Of a stretch of DNA of 64,000 nt, positions 56,901-64,000 are shown piece after piece (position 1 is the stretch's first letter; every line of letters starts with the position of its first letter). This DNA is from the human T2T-CHM13v2.0 reference genome, Homo sapiens, in the NCBI RefSeq assembly GCF_009914755.1, contig NC_060940.1. One strand, 5' to 3'. Both the position numbers and the translations under genes were made by a program. The notes under the pieces were generated by a model, which was given only the letters and a program-made list of their open reading frames with translations, made no database searches and was not told where the DNA came from.

Positions 56901-59900
56901 ATTCGACGATTCCATTCTATTCCATTCGATGATGATTCCATTCGAGTCCATTCGATCATTCCATTCGAGTCCATTTAATGATTCCATTGGGTTCAATTCA
57001 ATGATGATTACATTGGATTCCGTTCTATGATTCCATTCAATTCCGTTCATTGACAATTTGATTCCATTCGATGATGATTCCATTTGAGTTCATTCGATGA
57101 TTCTATTCGATTCTCTTCGATGGTGATTCAATTCTATTATATTGGATGATTCCATTCGATTCCATTTGATGTTGATTCAATTCGATTCTATTCGATGATG
57201 ATTCCATTGGATTTCACTTGATGATTCTATTCGATTCCATTCAATGATGATTCACTTCTCGTCCATTGGATGATTCCATTTCATTCCATTCGATGATGAT
57301 TCCATTCGATTCCATTCGATGATTCCATTTGATTCCATTCGACGGTGAGCAATTCGATTCAATTCCATGATGATTCTATTTGATTCAATTAGATGATGTT
57401 TCCATTCGAATCCATTCCATGATTATTCCATTGGAATCCATTCGGCGATGATTCCATATGAGTCAATTCAATGATGATTCCATATGGGTCCGTTCGGTGA
57501 TAATTCCATTTGATTTCATTCGATGCTTCTATTCAATTCCAGTCGATGATGATTCTGTTGGAGTCCATACGATGATTCCATTTGATTTCATTTCATGATG
57601 ATTCCATTCGATGACAATTACATTGGATTCCATTCTATGATTCCATTCAATTCCATTCGTTGATGATTCGATTCCATTCAATGATGATTCCATTTGAGTT
57701 CATTCGATGATTCTATTCGATTCCATTCTATGGTGATTCAATTCTCTTATATTGGATGATTCGACTCGATTCCATTTGATGATTATTCCATTGGAGTCCA
57801 CTTAGTGAATCATTTAGATTCTACTCGAAGATGATTCCATTCGAGTCCATTCGATGATACCATTCAATTCCATTCGTTGATGCTTCCATTCAAGTGCATT
57901 CGATGATATCATTCGATTCCATTTGATGATAATTCCATTTGATTCCATGCGATGATTCTATTCGATTCCATTCAATGATAATTCCATTCAATTCAGTGAT
58001 TCCTCTGGACTCCATTTGATGATGATTCCATTCAATGATTCCATTCGATTCTATTCGAAAATGATTCCATTTGAATCCATTTGATGACGATTCCATTCCA
58101 TTCCATTTGATGATTCCATTCTTTTCTATTCGATGATGATTCCATTCGATTCCATTCGATGATGATTGGATTCGATTCCATTTGATGATTTCATTTGATT
58201 CCATTCGTTAATGATTTCGATCAATTCCATTCGATGATTCCATTCGATTCCATTCGATAATGATTACATCCGAGTCCATTCGATGATTCCATTGGAGCCT
58301 GTTCGATAATTCCATTTGAGTCCAACCAATGATTCCATTCATTTCCATTCAATGATTCCATTCGAGTCCATTTGATCATTCCGGTAGGGTCCATTCGATG
58401 TTGATTCCATTGGAGTGCATTCGATGATTCCATTCGAGTCCATTTTAGGATTTGATTCGAGTCCTTTCGATGATTCCATTCGATTCCACTCGATGATGAT
58501 TTCATTCGAGTCCATTCGACACTTCCAATCGATTCCATTTGATGATTCCATTCGAGTCCAATTGATGATTCCATTCAATTCCATTCGATGATGATTCCGT
58601 ACGATTCCATTCTGTGATGATTCCATGTGATTGCATTCAATGATGATTCCTTTCGATTGCATTCGATTATGATTCATTTCGTGTTCATTCTATGGTTCCA
58701 CAGGTTTCCATTCGTGTCCATTCCATTATTCCATTCTATTCCATTTGATGATGATTCCATTCGATTCCATTCATTGGTGATTCCACTCAATTCCATTCAA
58801 TGATTCCATTCCATTTCTTTCAACAATGATTCCATTAGTTTCTAATCGATGATCCACTTGATTCCATTTGACGACGATTCCATTCTTGTCCATTCGATGA
58901 TTCCATTTGATTCCATATGATGATGATTCCATTCGATTCCATACCATGATGATTCCATTCGAGTCCATTCAATGGTGATTCCATTCAATTCCATTCGATG
59001 ATTCCTTTCGATTCCATTCGATGATGATGGCATTCGATTCCTTTCAATCATTCCCTTTGATTCCATTCAAAGGTGATTTCATTCAAGTCCATTCGATAAT
59101 TGCATTCGATTCCATTCTACGATGATTCCATTCGAGTCCATTTGATGATTCCATTCAATTCAAGTCAATGATGATTCCATTCGATTCCATTCGATGATTC
59201 CATTGGATTCCATTCGATGATGATTCCATTCAAATCCATTCGATAATTCAATTCAAGTCCATTCGATGATGATTCCAATCGAATCCATTCAAAGATTCCA
59301 TTCAGTTCCATTCGATGATTCCCTTAGATTCCATTCGATGATTCCACTTGATTCCATTTACGATGATTCCATTCGATTCCATGTGATGATTCCATTCAAT
59401 TCTATTCAATGGTGTCTCCATTTGATTCCATTCGACCATGATTGCTTTTGATTCCATTCAATGATTCCATTCGGTTCCGTTTGATGATGATTCCGTTCGA
59501 TTCCATTTGATGATTCCATTTGATTCCATTGGATGAGTCCATTCGATTACATTCGATGATTATTCCATTCGAGTGCATTAGATGATTCCATTCGAGTCCA
59601 TTCGATGATTCCATTCGATTCCATTCGATGTTGATTCTGTTCAAATCCATTCGATGATTCCACTCGATTCCATTCGATGACTCCATTTGATCCCATTCGA
59701 TGATTTCCTTTGATTCCCTTTGATGATCATTCCATTTGATTCAATTCGGTGATTTCATTTGATTCCATTCAGTGATGTTTCCATTCGACTCCATTCGATG
59801 ATGATTCCATTCGACTCCATTCGATTATGATTTCATTCAATTCCATTCGATAATGATTCCCTTCGAGTCCATTCGATGATTCCATTCGATTCCATTCAAT

Positions 59901-59979
59901 GATGATTTGATTCGTGTCCATTCGATGATTCCATTTGATTCCACTTGATGATGATTCCATTCGAGTCCATTTGATGATT
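53920..59979 (+). repeat. Higher-order unit 10 (6,060 bp, canonical)
   Basis: The full canonical ORF set is present at offset 53,919, and the next landmark is at 59980. Confidence 0.95.
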
Positions 59980-62900
59980 CCATTCAATTCCATACTCCGA
60001 TGATTTCTTTTGAGCCCATTCAATGCTTCCACTCGATTCCATATGATGACTCCATTCGATGAAATTCGATGATGATTCCATTCGCTTGCTTTCGATGATG
60101 ATTCCACTTGAGTCCGTTAGAAGATTCTATTCAATTACATTCCATGACGATTCCGTTCGAGTCCATTTGATGATTCCATTAGACTCCATTCGATGATGAT
60201 TCCATTCGATGTCATTCGATGATTCCATTCGATCTCATTCGATGATGATTCCATTCAACTCCATTCGATGTTTCCATTCGAGTTCATTCTATTATTCCAT
60301 TACATTCCATTCGATGATGATTCCATTCGATTCCATTTGATGATTGCATTCTATTTCATTTGATGATGATTCCATTCGAGTCCACTCGATGATTCCATTC
60401 GAGTCCATTTAATGAATCCATTGGTTTCAATTCTATGATGATTACATTGGATTCCATTCGTTGATGATTTCATTCGGTTCCATTCAATGATGATTCTATT
60501 CAATTCCTTTCAATGTTTCCATTCAATTCCATACGATGATGATTCCATTTGATTTGATTCGACAGTGAGCCATTCGATTCAATTCCATGATGATTCTATT
60601 TTATTCAATTGGTTGACATTTCCATTCGATTCCATTCGATAATGATTCCCTTTGATTCCATTCAAAGATGATTCCATTCTAGCCCATTCAATCATTCCAT
60701 TCGATTCTATTCAATGATGATTCCATTCATGTCGATTTGGTGATTCCATTTGACTTCATTTGATGATGATTCCTTTCAAGTTCATTAGATGATTCCATTC
60801 GATTCCATTTGATGATGATCCCATTCGAGTCCATTCAGTGATTCCATTCGTTTCCATTCCATGATGATTCCATTCCATTCCATGCAATGATTCCATTCGA
60901 TTCCGTTTGATGATGATTTCATTCGAGTCCATTTGATGATTCCATTTGATTCCATTCGATGATGATTCCATTCGAGTCCATTCGATGATTCTATTCGAAT
61001 CCATTTGATGATTTCTTTTGATTATAGTTGGTGATGATTCCATTGGAGTCCATTCAATGATTCCATTCGATTCCAATCGATGGTGGTTCCATTAGAGTCC
61101 ATTTAATGATTCCATTTGATTCCAGTCTCTGATGATTACATTCGAGTCCATACGATGATTCCACTCAATTCCATATGATGATGATTCCATTCGATTCCAT
61201 TCGATGATTCCATTCTATTCTATTCAATGGTGATTCCATTCGAGTACATTAGATGATTCCATTCGATTCCATTCAATGATGATTCTATTTGTGTCCCTTA
61301 GATGATTCCACATGATTCCATTAGATGATGATACTATTTGAGCCCATCCAATGATTCCCTTCGATTCCATTCGATGAGGATTCCATTCGATTCAATTCAT
61401 TGGTGATTCTATTCAATTCAATTCTTTGATTCCATTCCATTCCATTCGACAATGATTCCATTCGATTTCTTTCGATGATTCCACTCGATTCCACTTGACA
61501 TTGATTCCATTCGATTCCATTCAATGATTCCATTTGATTCCAGTGGATGATGATTGCCATCGATTCCATTCGATCACTCCATTCTATTCCATTTGATGAT
61601 GATTACATTCGATTCCATTTGATGATTCCATCTGATTCTATTCGAGGATTCCATTTGATTCCATTCGCTGATGATTCCATTCGAGTCCATTCGATGATTT
61701 CATTCGAGTACATCCAATGATTCCATTCGAGTCCATTTGATGATTCCATTTGATTCCATTTGATTATGATTCTACTAGAGTCCATTCAATGACTCCATTC
61801 GAGTCCATTCAACAATTCCATTCGACTCCATTCGATGATTCCATTCGATTCCATTTGATGATTCCATTCGAGTCCATTTAATCATTACAGTCGAGTCCAT
61901 TTGGTGATTCCGCTGGATTTCCTTTGATAATGATACCATTCAATTACATTTGATGATGATCCCATTCAATTTCATTTGATGATGATTCCATTAGAGTCCA
62001 TTCGATGATTTTATTCGAGTCCCTTCATTGATTCCATCCGATTTCATTGGATGATGACTCCATTCGAGTCCATTCGATGATTCCACTCGATTCCATTAGA
62101 TGATTCCATTGGAGTCCATTTGATTGTTCCATTCGATTCCATTCGATTCCTTTCGAAGATTATTCCATTTGAGTCCATTCGATGATGATTCCATTCCATT
62201 CCATTCGATGATTCCGTTTGATTCCATTCGATGATTCCCTTCGATTCCTTTCTTTGATGATTCCATTCCATTCCATTCAATGATTCCATTCGAATCTATT
62301 CCATGATGATTCCTTTCGATTCCATTCGCTGATGTTTCCGTTCAATTCCATTCGATGATGATTCCATTCGATTCCATTCATTGAGGATTCCATTTGATTC
62401 CATTCAATGATGATTCCATTCTATTCCATTCAAAGATTGCATTCAATTCCATTCAATGATTATCCCATTAGAGTAAACTCAACGATTCCATTCAATACCA
62501 TTCGATGATGATTCCTTTTGAGTCCATTCAATGATTTCATTCAAGTCCATTTGATGATTCCTTTCAATTCCATTCTATGATGATTCCATTCGAGTCCATT
62601 CGATGATTCCATTCGATTGCATTCGATGATTCCATTATATTCCATTCAACGATGATTCCATTCGAGTCCATTCGATGATTCCATTAGAGTACATTTAATG
62701 ATTGCTTTGTTTTCAATTCGAAGATGATTACATTCGATTCCATTCTATGATACCATTCGACTCCATTCAATGATGACTCCACTCAAATCCATTGGATGAT
62801 TCCATTCGTGTCCATTCGGTGATTTCATTAGATTCCATTCGAGGATGATTCCATTCGATTCCATTCGATGATTCCATTCTATTCCATTCGATGATGATTC

Positions 62901-64000
62901 CATTCGAGTCCATTCGATGATTCCATTCGAGTCCATTTAATGATTCCATTGGGTTCAATTCAATGATGATTACATTGGATTCCGTTCTATGATTCCATTC
63001 AATTCCGTTCATTGACAATTTGATTCCATTCGATGATGATTCCATTTGAGTTCATTCGATGATTCTATTCGATTCTCTTCGATGGTGATTCAATTCTATT
63101 ATATTGGATGATTCCATTCGATTCCATTTGATGTTGATTCAATTCGATTCTATTCGATGATGATTCCATTGGATTTCACTTGATGATTCTATTCGATTCC
63201 ATTCAATGATGATTCACTTCTCGTCCATTGGATGATTCCATTTCATTCCATTCGATGATGATTCCATTCGATTCCATTCGATGATTCCATTTGATTCCAT
63301 GCGACGGTGAGCAATTCGATTCAATTCCATGATGATTCTATTTGATTCAATTAGATGATGTTTCCATTCGAATCCATTCCATGATTATTCCATTGGAATC
63401 CATTCGGTGATGATTCCATACGAGTCAATTCAATGATGATTCCATATGGGTCCGTTCGATGATAATTCCATTTGATTTCATTCGATGCTTCTATTCAATT
63501 CCAGTTGATGATGATTCCGTTGGAGTCCATACGATGATTCCATTTGATTTCATTTGATGATGATTCCATTCGATTCCATTCGATGATGATTACATTGGAT
63601 TCCATTCTATGATTCCATTCAATTCCATTCGTTGATGATTCGATTCCCTTCAATGATGATTCCACTTGAGTTCATTCGATGATTCTATTCGATTCCGTTC
63701 GATGGTGATTCAATTCTCTTATATTGGATGATTCGACTCGATTCCATTTGATGATTATTCCATTGGAGTCCACTTAGTGAATCCTTTAGATTCTCCTCGA
63801 AGATGATTCCATTCGAGTCCATTCGATGATACCATTCAATTCCATTCGTTGATGCTTCCATTCAAGTGCAGTCGATGATATCATTCGATTCCATTTGATG
63901 ATAATTCCATTTGATTCCATGCGATGATTCTATTCGATTCCATTCAATGATAATTCCATTCAATTCAGTGATTCCTCTGGACTCCATTTGATGATTATTC
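59980..64000 (+). repeat. Higher-order unit 11, partial; canonical to ~61980, then variant type (-98 at ~62880, +10 at ~63570)
   Basis: The offset changes from 59,979 to 59,881 to 59,891 across the two indels. The ORF at 62044..62289 is otherwise seen only in variant units 8 and 9. Confidence 0.9.

Larger units (their letters stand above)
1..64000 (+). repeat. Satellite II (HSat2/HSATII) pericentromeric tandem array, CATTC strand on +; runs off both window ends
   Basis: The entire sequence is diverged ATTCCATTCGATTCCATTCGATG(ATG) / GAGTCCATTCG monomers of 23 and 26 bp with dense TCGA sites. CATTCGATTC and GATGAT spacers dominate over pure (CATTC)n, which is the established distinction between HSat2 and HSat3. 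No non-satellite segment was seen. Confidence 0.98.
1..64000 (+). repeat. 6,060-bp higher-order periodicity; probable HSat2B subfamily (16q11.2-type array)
   Basis: The landmark CCATACTCCGATGATTTCTTTTGAGCCC and identical ORFs recur every 6,060 bp (e.g. ORF starts 2766, 8826, 14886, 20946, 27006, 33066, 39126). The period is seen directly. The subfamily and chromosome call rests on recalled knowledge that the chr16 HSat2B array has a ~6.1 kb period. No alignment was run, so another locus or a great-ape genome is not excluded. Confidence 0.65.

Noticed and set aside
777-63045. More than 100 short ORFs, nearly all on the minus strand (MESSNGIEWNHRM-type peptides)
   Set aside because: They are direct translations of GAATG/GAATC/ATC monomers, overlap in several frames, recur with the 6,060-bp period and open or close with single SNVs. 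No domain, splice or promoter context is evident. This is a well-known class of spurious satellite ORF.
1-64000. CRISPR-like array or prokaryotic repeat system
   Set aside because: There is no constant repeat separated by unique spacers, and no cas or other genes. All sequence is degenerate monomer.
1-64000. Inversion or transposon (Alu/L1/LTR) insertion within the array
   Set aside because: The CATTC strand stays on + throughout. No poly(A) tail, target-site duplication or high-complexity segment was seen, and all length differences are accounted for by satellite indels.
1-64000. Alpha satellite/CENP-B boxes, or HSat3 with heat-shock-type (GGAAT)n tracts
   Set aside because: There is no 171-bp monomer and I noticed no CENP-B box. 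Pure (CATTC)n runs reach only about three copies, and the CATTCGATTC/GATGAT pattern marks HSat2.

Overview
The whole 64 kb window is one uninterrupted, single-orientation block of classical satellite II (HSat2/HSATII-type) DNA. It is built from CATTC-derived 23- and 26-bp monomers (ATTCCATTCG-A[T/G]TCCATTCG-(ATG)1-2) and organised into a 6,060-bp higher-order unit. About 10.7 units are present, starting at 1, 6061, 12121, 18181, 24241, 30301, 36361, 42416, 48328, 53920 and 59980 (the phase is arbitrary, set by the window start). A ~6 kb period fits the HSat2B array of human 16q11.2, but that assignment is from recall, not from an alignment. I see no genes, RNA genes, transposon insertions, inversions or CRISPR arrays. 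All listed ORFs are translations of the satellite. I did not find a new protein-coding system. The interesting signal is structural. (1) A recently amplified, near-identical 4-copy block at ~13.2-36.8 kb. (2) A diverged variant block at ~43.4-52.1 kb (units of 5,912 and 5,592 bp) that shares diagnostic indels, and a second such block starting at ~62 kb. (3) Indel sizes that are sums of 23/26-bp monomers. (4) One monomer hit by three different rearrangements. (5) Mosaic, conversion-like haplotype patches. (6) A once-per-unit DUX4-consensus site with an AP-1 site 78 bp downstream. All comparisons were made by eye with the ORF-track offsets as a ruler, so SNV lists may be incomplete.
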